Assembly: GCF_001194135.2 (NCBI RefSeq)
Contig: NC_068982.1
Location: 183,293,386-183,357,385 of the forward strand
Length of the DNA: 64,000 bases
Origin: Octopus bimaculoides
Lineage: Eukaryota
Direction: 5' to 3'
Both the position numbers and the translations under genes were made by a program. A model generated the notes under the pieces. The model was given only the letters and a program-made list of their open reading frames with translations, was not told where the DNA came from and did not search any database. Each line of letters begins with the position of its first letter. Position 1 is the stretch's first letter. Positions 1 to 15,252 of the stretch are shown here, in pieces.

Positions 1-2096
1 CTGGCAGTATTGTTAGCATGCTAGACCAAATATTTTGCAGCATTTCTTCTGTTTTTACATTCTGAGTTTCAATTCAACTGAGATCACCTTTGCCTTTCAT
101 CCTTTTGGAGTCAATAATATAAGCGCTGGGGGTTGATGTAATTGCCTAGTTCCCTCCTTCAAACTTTTAGGCCTTGTGCCTATAGTGGAAAGGATTATTA
201 TTTTTTCTTTTTTTTTTTAATTTGAAGGAACTTCAAGAACAACAATCTGGAAATAGGAAATGAAGTAAACCAAAACAATTTTNNNNNNNNNNNNNNNNNN
301 NNNNNNNNNNNNNNNNNNNNNNNNNNNNNNNNNNNNNNNNNNNNNNNNNNNNNNNNNNNNNNNNNNNNNNNNNNNNNNNNNNNNNNNNNNNNNNNNNNNN
401 NNNNNNNNNNNNNNNNNNNNNNNNNNNNNNNNNNNNNNNNNNNNNNNNNNNNNNNNNNNNNNNNNNNNNNNNNNNNNNNNNNNNNNNNNNNNNNNNNNNN
501 NNNNNNNNNNNNNNNNNNNNNNNNNNNNNNNNNNNNNNNNNNNNNNNNNNNNNNNNNNNNNNNNNNNNNNNNNNNNNNNNNNNNNNNNNNNNNNNNNNNN
601 NNNNNNNNNNNNNNNNNNNNNNNNNNNNNNNNNNNNNNNNNNNNNNNNNNNNNNNNNNNNNNNNNNNNNNNNNNNNNNNNNNNNNNNNNNNNNNNNNNNN
701 NNNNNNNNNNNNNNNNNNNNNNNNNNNNNNNNNNNNNNNCCCCACTCTCAACAAGAGAACACATGTGTCTGCCAATCCTTCTGCTACCCTTTTTTTTTTT
801 TTCCCCTCCATCATCCATTCTGTTGTAAATGCAGTGTTGGAAGACATGGGAAGGGCAGGCAGAGGGTTGTATATAGCACTAATAATATGGATGAGAAAAT
901 CAGAGAAGTAAAAGAAGGCAATGATGGATCAATTCCACCTGGAAACCTTTAAGAAACATTCCATATATAACAACCAAAACAATTAAAAATATAAAATAAT
1001 CACAAAAACACACAAAAGGGAACATTATCAACAATGTCTTATATATGTATATACAAATAGGAGTTAAAACAAACGGAAAAAGTACCCCAACACAAGTTAT
1101 GAAGATTAAATATTTGTATTAACAGCTTAACTCAGATCTGCATTATTAAATGTTTGACAAATGCAAAAAGCATTTCTGATCATTCAAACAAGATGAAACT
1201 GACTGATGAGAAAAACCATGGCTTCTAAGTAAAGTTGATTGTCATTGAGTGAGGAGTAATGCTTATTCTTATTAACCAGTTCAGGTTACATAGAGGAGTC
1301 AGAAATTCAATGAGCAGTAGGTACTGTAGCAACTGCCAGGTAGCTACTGGATAGGAGACTACATCGATAAAAAGATAGTAGTCTCCCTTGCTTTTGCTAG
1401 AAGGAATTTTAAATTTCTGTAAAATTTATTAAATAGTGTAAACAACTGAGGCTTAAAAATTAGCTAACAGTGAGTTCCATTAATAACATCATTATGAAAT
1501 TTCAATTTTCTGATAAAGGGAAGGCTAACAACAAGTTGTTGCAATATGTGAAGTTTTTGATACACACAAAGATGGCAGTTTATGTACTTTGGGTGAACAA
1601 GGAGGGAGCCTTGACAAAAATATACTAGGTTATACAGAGCAGGTATACTGTGAGTCACAAGTAATTTATCAAGATAACATTCAATGGGTTAACAGTTGCT
1701 CAGTAGATCATTGTCCCTCTTGCTCACCCAATACATAAAGCTACTGTCCTTGTCTCTATCTCTTAACAAAACTGAACTTTCACACTTCCACCTTCTACAG
1801 AGATCTCTGAAGCTAACTTTAAGCTAACAGTTGCTAACACTATTCCATAAATTTTACTGAAATGCTAAATTTCATTAGAACTTCTATAAACAAGACCAAA
1901 ACTGGCAAATAAGAGCCTTATCTAATGATAATCAGAAACCATAGCTGATTCACCCCACTGAGCCTCACTGAATCTAAATGAGCAGAAGTGAATTTTGTGC
2001 CTGTGAGACTATTAGTAATGCAGATTTAAGTCAAACAGTAAAGACAAATGTATGTGTGTGTGCATGTGTGTGTGTGCGTGCATGCACGCATATGCA

Positions 2097-2130
<34 letters not shown>

Positions 2131-2319
2131 ATTATGTACATACTCATGCATATATATCATATATCTCATATACAAGCATATATGAGATTTCAAGCTTTGG
2201 AATGAAAAAGAAATGGAAAAGGGATCTAGAAACACCGATTCCCTTCTTCAGAACACTAGCATCTTCGGTAGACAAGTTTCAATATTCTAGTCCCAGCACT
2301 CTTCTGTCTCACCATTTCC

Positions 2320-2363
<44 letters not shown>

Positions 2364-2800
2364 GACGACTTCAAATTTTGGCACAAGACCAGCAGTTTTT
2401 ATAGAGAGAGGGATTAATCAATTACATCAACCCCAGTTCTAAAGATGGTACTTATTTTTAATTAGCCCCCAAAACTATGAAAGGCAAAGTTCACCTCGGC
2501 AGTATTTAAGCTGAGCATGTAAAAATCTGGGAGAAATGCCACTCAGCATTTTGTGTAACATGCTAATGATTTTACCTGCTCACCACCCTATATAATCAGC
2601 CCTCAGATTTGGGTGGGGGGCAGTTTAGTCAATTAAACTGACCTCAGTACTTGATGGGTACTTTATGTTATCAACCCAGAAGGATGAAAGGCAAAGTTGA
2701 CCAAGACGAAATTTGAATTCAAAACATAAGAAGCCAAGATATATGACACAAAACGTTTTGTCCAATGCTCTAATGATTTTGCCAATCCACCATCCTTTTA

Positions 2801-2864
<64 letters not shown>

Positions 2865-3081
2865 TTTCTAATTTTGGTACAAGGCCAGCAATTTCGGGGG
2901 AAAGGATAAATCGATTACATCGACCCCAGTTGCTCAACTGGTACTTATTTTTATCAACCCCAAAATGATGAAAGGCAACGTCAACCTTGGCAGTATTTGA
3001 ACTCAGAACTTAAAAGACGGACGAAATGATGCTAAGCAGTTTGCCCAGTGTACTAACAGGTCTGCCAGTTCACCACTTTAC

Positions 3082-3116
<35 letters not shown>

Positions 3117-3295
3117 CATTTCTATTATAGGCACAAGGCCTGAAATTTGGGAGAAGGGGGCCAGTCGATTAGATTGACCCCGGAAGGATGAAAGGCGAAG
3201 TTGAATTTGAACTCTGAATGTAGTGGCAGACAAAATACTGCCAAGCATTTCACCCAGCATGCTAACGATTCTGCCAGCTCGCTGCCTTGATGATG

Positions 3296-3344
<49 letters not shown>

Positions 3345-3575
3345 TAAAGATGATGGTGAAGAGGAGGGGGAGGAGGAGGATGAAGACAAGTGTGCAGAAA
3401 CATGCATGTGCAGTTAGTATACATTATGTACGCTAAAGGGACATTTCTATCATATGGGCAACAACCAGGACTGACGAGCCAAGCTAGGATCTCAGGGTCT
3501 AGGGGTCTGATGGAGAGTTTCGTAAAGGACAAAAACACAAGAACAACAACAACAACAGCAACGTTAACATCAACG

Positions 3576-3613
<38 letters not shown>

Positions 3614-3786
3614 AACAATAATAAATTTACTTGTAACTATGCTAGTATTATCAATAATAGGAATGATCAATGCAATGGTGATGATGGTGGTGGTGGTGGA
3701 ATTAGCAGTTCTTTCTGCTTTGAACAGGCAGTGTGTCACCTAGCATATTGGTTGTTTAGGATCAAATACAGCCAATTGTCTTTGGG

Positions 3787-3817
<31 letters not shown>

Positions 3818-4269
3818 TTTTTATATACCCAATAAAATGAAAGGCAAAAAATGAATGTTTGCAGTACTTGAACCTAGAATAACAAGGCTCTGAACCAGAC
3901 ATTGTATAACTGTTCCCTAGTTCAGAGTTTTTACAGCTAGTGATCCAGCCTGTGCTTGATAGTAATGATGATAAGAATTTAGTTTTAACATTAGCACAAG
4001 GCCATCAATTTGAAAGGGAAATTGTAACTCGATAACTGAATTCATCAACTTCATTGCATAACTGGTCCATTTATCTTCTTATTCGTGTAGTGATGAAAAC
4101 CAAAGTTGATTGCAGCCAGGATATGAACACAAAATGACTTCTAAAGCAGGCCTGCGAATATATTTCATTATATTGATCCCTGTAATTGACCGGTACTTTA
4201 TTTTATCAACCACCCCCCCACCAGAAGGAAGAAAAACAAAAGTCAACTCAAGTGGAATTTGTACTCAGT

Positions 4270-4305
<36 letters not shown>

Positions 4306-4311
4306 CAAATA

Positions 4312-4346
<35 letters not shown>

Positions 4347-4826
4347 AATAATAATAATGATAATAATAATATCGATGATGATAACATAAATTAACAAGTA
4401 TAGTTGTAATTTTAGTGCCGATATATGGTGGTGATGGTGATGAAGGTGATGATGATGATGATGATGATGATGATAAGGAGGCGAAAGATTGTAATAGTAA
4501 TAATAATAGTAATAAAAATATCAATAATAATAATAATAATAATAGTAATAATAATAATAATGTTCAAAGTGAAAGTCACAAAGATGAGAAAGTATGGAAT
4601 GAGCAATGTAATCCAAAAGAGATCCGTCAGATTTTCATTGTAGCTAAAGCGTCTGGTTGTCGTGGTTATCTACCCCGAAGAGCTGATGGGGGTCGGAGTC
4701 CCTGTCAGCAGGTACCGAGGAGACAGCATCCTTTTGTACTTCTGTACGTGGTGTAGCCGATGGTAGATTTGGCCCGGGGTATACGATGTCCATTTAAAGG
4801 CTAGGGTAGTGGTGACGATAGTAGTA

Positions 4827-4859
<33 letters not shown>

Positions 4860-4999
4860 GAAGTACTAGTAGTTGTAGTAGTAGTGGTAGTGGTAGTAGT
4901 GATGATGGTGGTAGTGGTACTAGTAGTAGTGGTGGTGGTTTTATCCCGCGACCCATAATTTTTTGTAATACGTTTTTGTATATATATTTGCCGTCAATA

Positions 5000-5062
5000 T
5001 TACGATGTTGTTGTTGGGGCGGACGGGACAGCGCTATTTGGTTTCCATGTGATGATATACCC
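5000..5062 (-). CDS. Candidate start of a (terminal?) exon: GYIITWKPNSAVPSAPTTTS* in phase 0, followed by a CpG-rich putative UTR
   Basis: Strong acceptor ttttttttgtttgtttgcag|GGG. The downstream 4600-5060 region is unique and CpG-rich. Frame is uncertain, because the phase-2 frame runs on to 4801. Confidence 0.25.
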   Translation of the reverse strand, partial: GYIITWKPNSAVPSAPTTTS

Positions 5063-5999
5063 CTGCAAACAAACAAAAAAAATAACAGGGAGATAGTTGA
5101 TCATTCTGGTTGTTTACAGGTTTACAGGGAAGGGTGGGATTGGGTGGGGTTGGAAACGACAAGAGTTAAGGGGATTTTTTTGAGTAAAGCTGGAATGGCT
5201 TCACAGAAAAATGGGCTAAACCGGACGAGGGACTAAGGGAGAAGGCGAGAGACAATATAGGGGCCTCAGATGAGAATATTAAGTAACACAAGTGGGCTGG
5301 GGCGAAAACAATAGGATATTTTTGCTTGTACACTCATAAAACACCCATAAACTACACGCACAAACTTAACACACAACTGTGCATGCATACACATAGATTC
5401 CTACACACAGAGATAGTGCACACATGCAGACAGACATATGCAGGCACATGCACACACACACACACACACACATATATACATACATACATACATACATACA
5501 TACATACATACATACATAAACACACATACATAAACACACATACACATTTACACACATATTTCCATACAGAAGTACACAATCAAATGCACAATACATCAAA
5601 GAACACAATACATTGAAATTTAAATTCCACACCACAAGTTGTAGTTTTCTTACCAGATACATTTGAAATAATGCATGTACACTTATATTTAACAAGATCA
5701 GGTACACTCAGAAGTGAGAAGACCTTTCATTGCTGAAATATTCTCGGGAGAAATTTCTCTTCATAGACAATATGCATGAAAACAGATTGGACTATGAATG
5801 ACACCATCAAATAATATGATGTATGCATTTCTGCATTGTTGCGCATTGTCAACTACAAATAACAAACTCATCCTTCACAACCATATAAGAACAATATATA
5901 GGAGCAGCAAATAGTAAATATCTATCTATGTATCTATCATCTATCTCTATATATATACTCTACCCTCAGTATTCAAGCACTATATTTTTCACCTATGTG

Positions 6000-6040
<41 letters not shown>

Positions 6041-6348
6041 CGTTTTGGGATTTGGTTTGCAAGATTCTTTATGTGAATTCGTGTGTTGAAGCATATTTTA
6101 TTGTGCCTGGGGAGAGCCATTCTCTTTTAGTGCCTTATTATTTAACACATTCACCAGTTCAATTTCCACTCTTTTACTTTTTTTTTTTCTATAAATAAGT
6201 AAATGAGTGGAAATTGAACTGGCAAGTGTGTTAAATAATAAGGCACTGAAAGAGAATGACTCTCCCAAGACACAATAAAATATATATGTGTGTGTGCACG
6301 TGTGTGTGTGTGTCAGAAAGAGAGTGTGTATATGTGTGTGTAAGAAAG

Positions 6349-6392
<44 letters not shown>

Positions 6393-6425
6393 TGTGTGTG
6401 TGTATGTATGTGTATATATGTATAT

Positions 6426-6471
<46 letters not shown>

Positions 6472-8244
6472 CAGTTTAACGTCCGCTTTCCTGGCATGGG
6501 TTGGATGGTTTGATTGAGGACTGGCTAGCCAGATGGCTGCACGTACAATATAAAGCTCATCCATTTTCAGATTTCCCCTTGTGCTATCCAGTAGTAGTAT
6601 TATAAGCACATCCAGGTTTGCGTCTGGGCTTCTGTTATGTGTGAATAGATAATTGAAAAACTTTGGAGTCAACAAGAAGGAGTACAGTTGGACATTTATT
6701 TTCAATTACTACAATTGTTTCTATGCACTGTAGCTCTCCAGGCATGCAGGTACTTGATTATACAACTATTTCCCTGCATTATGAGATTTAGTTGTGTTTC
6801 CTCAAGCAATATGTAAATATTGTCTCCATAAGTTCAAACTCTTGGCTTCAGGAGCATCCGTTCTGTCTGTCATGGTCTGAACTCAGTAGTAGCCACTGAG
6901 TTTATCAAGAGCCTGTTGTTGCTGAAAGACCACTAGCAGATATTTTTATTCAATTATATATATAATCATCATCATCCTCATCATTTAACATCCGCTGTCC
7001 ATGCTGGCATGAGTTGGATGGTTTGACCAGGGCTGGCAAGCTAAGGGGCTGCACCAAACCCCAGTCTGATTTGGCATGGTTTCTATGGCTGGATGCCCCT
7101 CCTACTGCCAACCACTCCAAAAGTGTAATGGGTGCTTTTACATGTCACCAGCATAGATGCCAGTTGCATGATACCAATATCTGCCATGACTAGAATTTCA
7201 CTTCGCTTGGTGGGCCTGCTTCTCAAGCATGGAATATTGTCAAAGGTCTCAGGCATTTCTCATTGCCTCCATAAAAGTACAGGTATGGTTAAGAATTTCA
7301 CTTTGAAGCCACTTGTCTTCAGTTTCAGCCCACACTGCATGATACCTTGGACAAGTATCTTCTACGACAGCTCTGGGCCAATCAATGCCTCAGAATCAAT
7401 TTGCTAAACAAAAACTGTGTGGAAGCACATCATATGTGCATGTGAATGCCTTTATGTATATTTGTCCCCTTGACAACCAGTGTAGGTTTGTTTACATTCC
7501 CATCACTTAGCAGTTTCGTGAAAGAACTAATAGAATACTTAGAATAGCACTGTGGTCAATTTGTTCAAATAAACCCTTCATGGTGGTGTCCCAATATGGC
7601 TGCTGTTCAATGACTGAAACAAGTAGATTAAAGAATGCATTGTTTATCATTTTCATTTTCATATCAAACTTTTCCATTGAGGGGTCAGATTCATTACATC
7701 AGTTCCAGTACTTGACTGGTACTTTATTTTCTTGATTCAGGAGGGATGAAAAGCAAAACTGACCTTAGTGGGATTTGAACTCAGAGCTGGAACAATTACT
7801 GCAAAGCTTGATATCCCAATATCATTAGCATTATCGAAACCTGATATCCCAATATCATATACAATATAGAGTTTGATGTCATGATAATATTAGCGGTAAG
7901 AGATTGCTTGATAGATTTAATCTGCTAATCCATTTTAACGCCATCAAGTGGCCCTTGTGTGCCTTTAATGAAGACCATTTAGTTTGCAAACATCTGAGCC
8001 ATAACTCTGATTTGAGGACACCTTCTTTAGTTGCTCCAATTTATTGCAGTGTGCCTGTAAAGGGTCATGGGAACACCTCTTGTCTAAGAGATAAAAAAAA
8101 AAATTACACACACACACATAGCCATAGAAATCATGTCAAAGTCGACAGTCTTCTGGCTCATTGGATTTTGTGGAACTGTCCAAGCTAAGCCATCATGGGC
8201 ATTAAATAATGATGAAGACACTGGTGACGTATTATATAGTCTTT

Positions 8245-8719
<475 letters not shown>

Positions 8720-8720
<1 letters not shown>

Positions 8721-9160
8721 GTATCTCCTTCAGAGTGAAAGGCAATTCATACAATGCTTGTGTATGAAATACAATGGGCCCCATAATGCAGAGGACATGC
8801 AAAGACTAGAAAGAAATGAAGCTAGTATATTCTGATGGATGAGGAATGATGGATGTGCGTGTGTGCAACCAAATGTAAATTTATCAAAAGAAAAATTAGG
8901 ATTAAGAGGAATCAGATGTAGTGTGCAAGAAAGAAGGCTATACTGGCATGGTCATTGCGGTGCTTATGGCTGATGATAATTGTATAAAGAAGTGTCAGTC
9001 ATTAGGTGTGGATGGAACTAGTAGAAGAGAGAAGACATGGGGAAAAGTGGTGAAGTCTGATCTCAAGACGTTGACTCTCACAGTGAAGATGAAAAAAGAC
9101 CAAGATGATTACATTTTGCTATGCTCAATAAGACCCATCTGTCAAGACAAAAGTGAAGTT
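8720..9160 (+). mobile_element. Decayed RTE-type LINE 3' fragment
   Basis: KKCQSL.VDGT.RR.KTW.KVVK.DLKTL.L...KDQD, the same C-terminal region as at 44281-44460. Confidence 0.7.
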
Positions 9161-9479
9161 TTAAAAGCCTTTGGCCTACATCTATAGCTTCACTGGATCA
9201 CACTCCTACACTTAATCTGTCCCTACCATTTTCCCTACCTCTCATCTTCCTCATATTCATCCCTGTGTCACTCATTTAACTATGGCACTATTCAGGGGCT
9301 GAAACCATATGATAACTAAATCTGCACTTATTACTTTCTCCTTTGTATCACTAATTATTCTCTCTCTCTCTCTCTCTGGAAACACTTCCTTTAGCATATA
9401 TCCCTCATTCTCAATAACATCCTTTCTCTATTTTCTGTTGATTACCTTTCTGTGCTTCTAGCTATCTCTACATTTCCTC

Positions 9480-10020
9480 TGAGTTACATCTTAAGACTGC
9501 CACACTTAATCTTTAACATATCTGCTATTGCTCTGAACACCCTCCTAAATCTTCCAGCAATGCCTGCCACCTCTGACCTCCTCTCATTATAACTACCACT
9601 ACATACCTCTGACCTCCATCTCTGCCCCTGTACATCCTTCTGTCTCCCACACTCCGCCATCCACACATCATCTCACTGTTTTCTAATCTATCTATAGGTT
9701 TTCCTTATTTTCAGGTTCATTATTTTCTCCACCCTTTCTGTACAACTTCTCACCTTCTCCTTCCTGAGTTATTTCGGTTAGCTTCAGCCCCATACTAATA
9801 TTTGCCATTAAGTACACTTCCACCCTTATACATTATTTTCTACAATGACCGCTACACCCATTTCTAACCAACCTTTCAATCCTCTCTCTTACACTCATCT
9901 TGTACCTTGAGAATATGCTCTCACATTCCATCACCCATATGTTTATCTTTTCTCCAGCTACTCCCATGAACTCCTTTATGGCATGAAGCAGCCACGTATC
10001 TCTTCTATTGCAAAACACCT
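9480..10020 (-). mobile_element. Possible decayed LTR-retrotransposon gag-like remnant
   Basis: KEFMG..GE.IN.W..ECE.IF..Y.MS..ERIERL resembles the Ty3/gypsy capsid F.G...D...W....E..F..Y...E..R.. pattern; no LTRs were seen. Confidence 0.3.
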
Positions 10021-10029
10021 ATGCTTGTC

Positions 10030-10387
10030 CCTCTGTCACACTTTAGCCTCTCAACACCTGGCATAGAGTTACCTCCCTCTCTTTCACAATACCATTTGGT
10101 TGAGGTGAAGGGGGGGTATCGTTGCCAGTGCCCTGGACTGGCTCCTGTACAAGTGGCATGTAAAGTACACCATTTTGAGCGTGGCCGTTGCCAGTACCAC
10201 CTGACTGGCCTTCGTGCCGGTGGTACGTAAAAGCACCCACTACACTCTCATAGTGGTTGACGTTAGGAAGGGCATCCAGCTGTAGAAACTCTGCCAAATC
10301 AGATTGGAGCCTGGTGCAGCCATCTGGTTTCACCAGTCCTCAGTCAAATCGTCCAACCCATGCTAGCATGGAAAGCGGACGTTAAAC

Positions 10388-10426
<39 letters not shown>

Positions 10427-10427
10427 A
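10030..10427 (+). mobile_element. Family B retroposon with (GAT)n tail (LINE 3'-end-related)
   Basis: aagcacccactacactc...ggaagggcatccagctgtagaaac...gcatggaaagcggacgttaaac(gat)n. Other copies at ~6428-6545, 6966-7160, 10450-10680, 26790-26990, 31060-31330, 31715-31848, 43935-44460, 44870-45057, 50640-50900 and 54912-55183. Confidence 0.85.
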
Positions 10428-12289
10428 AGTTACTTGGTGTCCTCATTGGTGTGGGTGTCACAAAAGAAGCACCCAGTACACTTTCGAGAGTGATTGCAAT
10501 TAGGAAGAGCATCCAGCCAGTAGAAACCATGATAATGCAGACAGTTGGAGCTTTATGCAGTTCTTCCGTTCTGTTGGATCCCGTCAAGCCATCCAACCCA
10601 TGCCAGTATGAAAGACAGACATTAAATGATGATGACGATGACGACGACGATGATGATGATGCTCACGATGATGATGATATGTAGTTTAATATATTGATAT
10701 CATTAGCAACCATTACATATAAGATGGATTATATTTGATACAGCAATATCATTAGCAAGTATTATATAAATAGCTGGCTTGATATAGTCATTAACAGGGT
10801 TTCATACAGTGATACCACACACACTGATAAAATGATTTCAGTAGTAATAGTTACTAGGTTTGCTGTGGGATAAATTATGGCAAATATTTTTCCATCCTTG
10901 GCTTATTGTTGTTGTTGCTGCTGTTTCTGTTGTAGCTCTGGTTATTGCTATAACTATTATCCTTTAGTTACTCCAACCATCTACCCATCAAAACAACCAC
11001 CGCTGCCACCCCAGTCCCTTACCCGTCCTCATACTTCTGGCTGTTGTCCTCCTCAGTAAAGCTAATACAGAAAGCAATAGGGTGAAGAAGTCAACCAGCC
11101 AGCCTGCCTGCCAGCCAGCCAGTAGTGAATCACTCTGTACATCACTACCACCACCACTATCGCAGCTACTAATACTACTGCTGCTGCAGCTGCTACTACT
11201 ACTACAGATACGGCACTGCTGCTGCGGCTACTACTACTACTACTGCTGCTGCTGCTGTTACTACTATTACTATTGTTACTGTGTCTGTAGCCAGAGGGCC
11301 ATGTCTCGCCTGTCTGTCTATCTTATATAGCAACTGTGCAGTAGTGATGGTGCTGCTACTGATGATGGTGGTGCAGTGGGGTGGGGAGGTGTAAAAGTAG
11401 GTTAGTGGTAGTTGTGTCAGAGAGGAGGAGAGAATGAGAGAGAGGGGGGAGGGGCGAGCTAAAAGACAATAGTAGTAATGAATGAGTAACGGGAGGAATA
11501 GGAAGAGAGAATACGGGAGGGGAATCAGAGAAAAGGAGAGTGTTTGACGGGGAAGTGAAAGGTACAGATGATAGAAAGAGAGAGAGCGTTAGAGGGGATA
11601 TAGATGATAAAGAGAATGTGAGAGAAGGACAGAAACGATGGGGAGAGAGAGAGAGAGAAAGAGAAGAAGATCGTAAAAAAAAGGGGCATAGAGACGAGAG
11701 TGAGAGAGAGAGAGAGAGTGTGAGAGGGAGGACCGAGATAATAGTGTGAGAAGAGGATAGAAAAGGAAGAGAGGATGTTAGTAAAATCCAAGAGAGAAGG
11801 TGCGATTGACTCGTTGGATGAGAGAGGATGAAGAATAGAGAGAAATGAAATTGTAGATGAAAAAGATGAGAGAAGATAACAGAGTGAAGAGTGAAAGAAA
11901 ATTAGAATGATAGAGACAGAAATTGAAGGAAGTAGATGTTATTTTTGGTGGTGGTGATGGTAGTAGTAGTAGTAGTAGTAGTAGTAGCAGCAGCTTTGTG
12001 GTGGTGGTGATTGTGATAGCGATTATGAAATAATGTTTATTGTTGGATATGTTCTCGAAGTGGTGGTGACTGTTGTATAAATAATGATGATGGTGATGAT
12101 GGTGAACATGGTGATGGTGATTGTTGTGTTGATGTCTGTTGAAACAGCCGAACGATAAAATATAAACAAGTGTTTGAGTGATCGATTTGATTAAGTAGAC
12201 AAAGTGAGAGAAAGAGAGAGAGAGAGTAAGAGAGAAGACAGTCGGGTACGGTATATGAGTGTGAGTATGACAGATTATAAAGATATGTG

Positions 12290-12600
12290 AAAGTTGTAAT
12301 AGAAACATAATAAAGACGACAGAGATCGAACGAAGAGTGGCAGACGACAGAGATAGTTGTGAGTGCTAGAAGACAGAGACAATGTGTGACAGACGACAAA
12401 AACACAACAATGTGAGTGAGACAAACGGCTGACATAATTAATGTGAGTGTGACAGACAACAAAGACACAATGTGAGTGTGACAGTGTGTGAGAGATTGAG
12501 TGTGAGTGTAACAGACGACAGACAAGCTGTGAGTGTTGGAGACGTCAGAGATAGAGTGCGATGACAGAAAGTGTAAGTGAAATCAGGCAAGTTATATACA
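12290..12600. repeat. Degenerate minisatellite with recurring gacagacgaca / aatgtgagtgt motifs
   Basis: Motifs recur roughly every 30-50 bp. Confidence 0.6.
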
Positions 12601-12869
12601 CGGACAGACGGGGAGTGAATGAAATGACAAATGTCGGTCAGACATCAATAGTTCACAGTCAGACAAACATAATGTGCTATGTATACAATAAAGGTGTGGA
12701 AATTAATAACAATAACCTTAGCCTTATTGCAGGTGACGGACATTTAATGTAATATAACAAATAACGAACGCGCGCGCGTGTGTGTGTGTGTGTGTGTGTG
12801 GTAGTATATCAGACGACCTGTATCAATGATATTTAGTCATTAAAGAGACATCTAACGAACGCATTCCAT

Positions 12870-13135
12870 CTTTTATTATGCTACATTAAATATCCGTCAC
12901 CTACATCACACCTCCATTTTACATTAGAGTCGCTATGTGATCAATCGCTCTATCTGCTAGAAACGGCAACCGAATCCCTCTCAAATTACACTCGACAGTC
13001 TTCAAGTTAAAAGCGACACATTGGATAATATAGTTCTAGAAACACATCGCCAGAAAGAAGAACAAGATGGTCATAGTTGGAACGCTTTTTTATCATTGTT
13101 TTTCAGTTAAGGCTTACCTGGGGTTAAACAGCATT
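12870..13135 (+). mobile_element. Family D interspersed repeat (ctagaaa..gcaaccgaatccctctcaaat...gatggtcatagttggaa...ctggggttaaaca)
   Basis: Partial copies at ~25225-25280, 25365-25420, 27760-27820, 33090-33200, 44595-44700 and 61830-61870. Confidence 0.6.
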
Positions 13136-14439
13136 GCAACACTCATCATTCAGCATGTTGCGATGGAACAGACGAGAGTATTACAACAGACTTCACAGTC
13201 CAAAGTTCCCAAAACACCGGTTTAAAACGACAAACCGCACCCCCCCTCTCTCTGAGTGAAGATGGAGATAGAAGTTCTGAACTTCAGTCAAATCAGTTTT
13301 ATGAAAAGTAATTTAGGGTTGCTGCTGTTGGTATGACGTTAATGGAAGACTTTAGATTCCGATAAGTCGAACCGAAAACTGAGAGTAACTAGATGTGGGG
13401 AATCTGAGGTCTTTTATTCTGGTGTATCCTTTGTATCTATACGTTTTTAGCATTTGCCTTGGAGTGCCCCGTGTAGCTATAAAGATATGAGGTTAGCCCT
13501 GATATTAGTGTTTTGCATTCTGAGTTCAAATCTCAAGGGGATTAGTTTCGTATTTCATCCCTCTAGCGTCTATAAACTAAAGTACCTGTGAAGTACAGGA
13601 GTCTATTTAATCGTCGAAACGTTTACCTCAAATTTGAAAATTTGTAACCATTGTTAACAATCATGGCTAAGTGGAAGGTGGTACATGTGCGTTATGGTAC
13701 TTAGTACTGCCCTTTTCGTTCTGAGTTCGAATTCCAGGAAGGTTAATTTTTGCATTTCATTATTCTGGAACTATTATTTTTTAGCTGAAGATCACTTTTG
13801 AACACCATCGTTCAAGCCATGACAAATCCGTCTTTTTGCATATTCAAGACTATGGTTTGAGAGGAATGTGGTCATTAATTGTAGCGCACGAAAGAAACTC
13901 GCCAATGATCCCTTTAATTTATTTTCATATTAGAAACCATTGTCACATAGGAGTAGCAGGAATTGTAGATGTTAAGATTAAATATCAGACATTTCATTAT
14001 GTTCTTACTTCAGAAACCTCAAAGATCGAATAAGTGTAGGCACGCATTTGTTTGTAACGTTTTAGCTAATGCTTTAAAATATCATACTCGAAGATACTAT
14101 CCATACAGAAAGACAAACGAGGAAACCATGTACATACACAAAAATTTCAAGAGTTTGTAATCTATCCTCAGACAGCAATATTTTAACAGGATTGACGCTT
14201 ATTTCATTAATGCAAAATCAAAAAGTGATTTTAAAAAGAAATATCTATGAAGGAACACTTCAACACAACGGTTAAAAGAGGAAAATAATCTAGTTCAATC
14301 CTCCATTTAGCATGGATGCAGCCACCAACAATGATCGTAATTCTTTATCCCCAATAAGACGCCTTTTTTCACATAGGAGCAAATTCAACAAAGTCTTCAA
14401 TGCTAATAACGTTAATGTCGACAGTTCTTGTCTAGATAA

Positions 14440-15252
14440 TATTGCTTCTTAGATCTCACACTACTGCTTAAGGTAGTTCCTAGCCCAACAACCAACTTGT
14501 TATTACATAAGCTCTTCAATCTAGCCGCTTAGAGGAGCGTACTTCTCCAAAGTAATCTATTAAACGAAACTCGCTGCAAACACGCTCAAAAACCGATACA
14601 ACCAACAAAAACGCTGATTCAGACAGAAAAACAAAAAGAATATAACTTAATACATCACGAAAAGAGCTACTCTTTATAAGAATGACGCATGAAAATGTAA
14701 GCTGTTTGACTGGGAGATTCCAGATCCTGAAAGAGTCAGCGATATTGCTGAACAGAAGAAACATCCTTTGTAGACAACTTCCACCTGTCTAAAGTACCCG
14801 CAGAATTTCCATAATCATCAGATCCACAACAAACATTACAGTTACATGTCAAATTGAAGTGTTCTTTCCCAACAACACAATAAATCAACAGCGGCAAAGT
14901 TATCTACAACTAGCTAACGCAAGCTACCACCTTGACAAGTCTCAACCAATGAGAATCGTCTGAACCAATATCTCATCAAGGCATCTCTTCGTCCAGTTCA
15001 TTTCACCACTACCTGAATGAAAGCGAGTAGTGGAAAAGTGAGTAAAAACGGAGTGAATCAATTAGGTCTTCCCTAATACATCAACATCATTTATAAAGAA
15101 CTTTTTTCTTTTGTTTGTAACCAAAACACGAGCATATGCGTGTTGTGTGTGCCGATAGATAGATATTAACCTCCATTCACTTGCTTTCTACCGAGTGAAA
15201 CAGAAAGGCATATTTTAAGACTCGCAGACCGACATGTGAAGGTGTAAGGTGA

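Noticed and set aside
13114-13160. Apparent minus-strand first exon MMSVAMLFNP with donor CCCCAG|gtaag
   Set aside because: The donor lies in the 3' end of family D repeat (ctgacctggggctaaacaac-like, also at ~25225 and ~33180), so it is probably coincidental.
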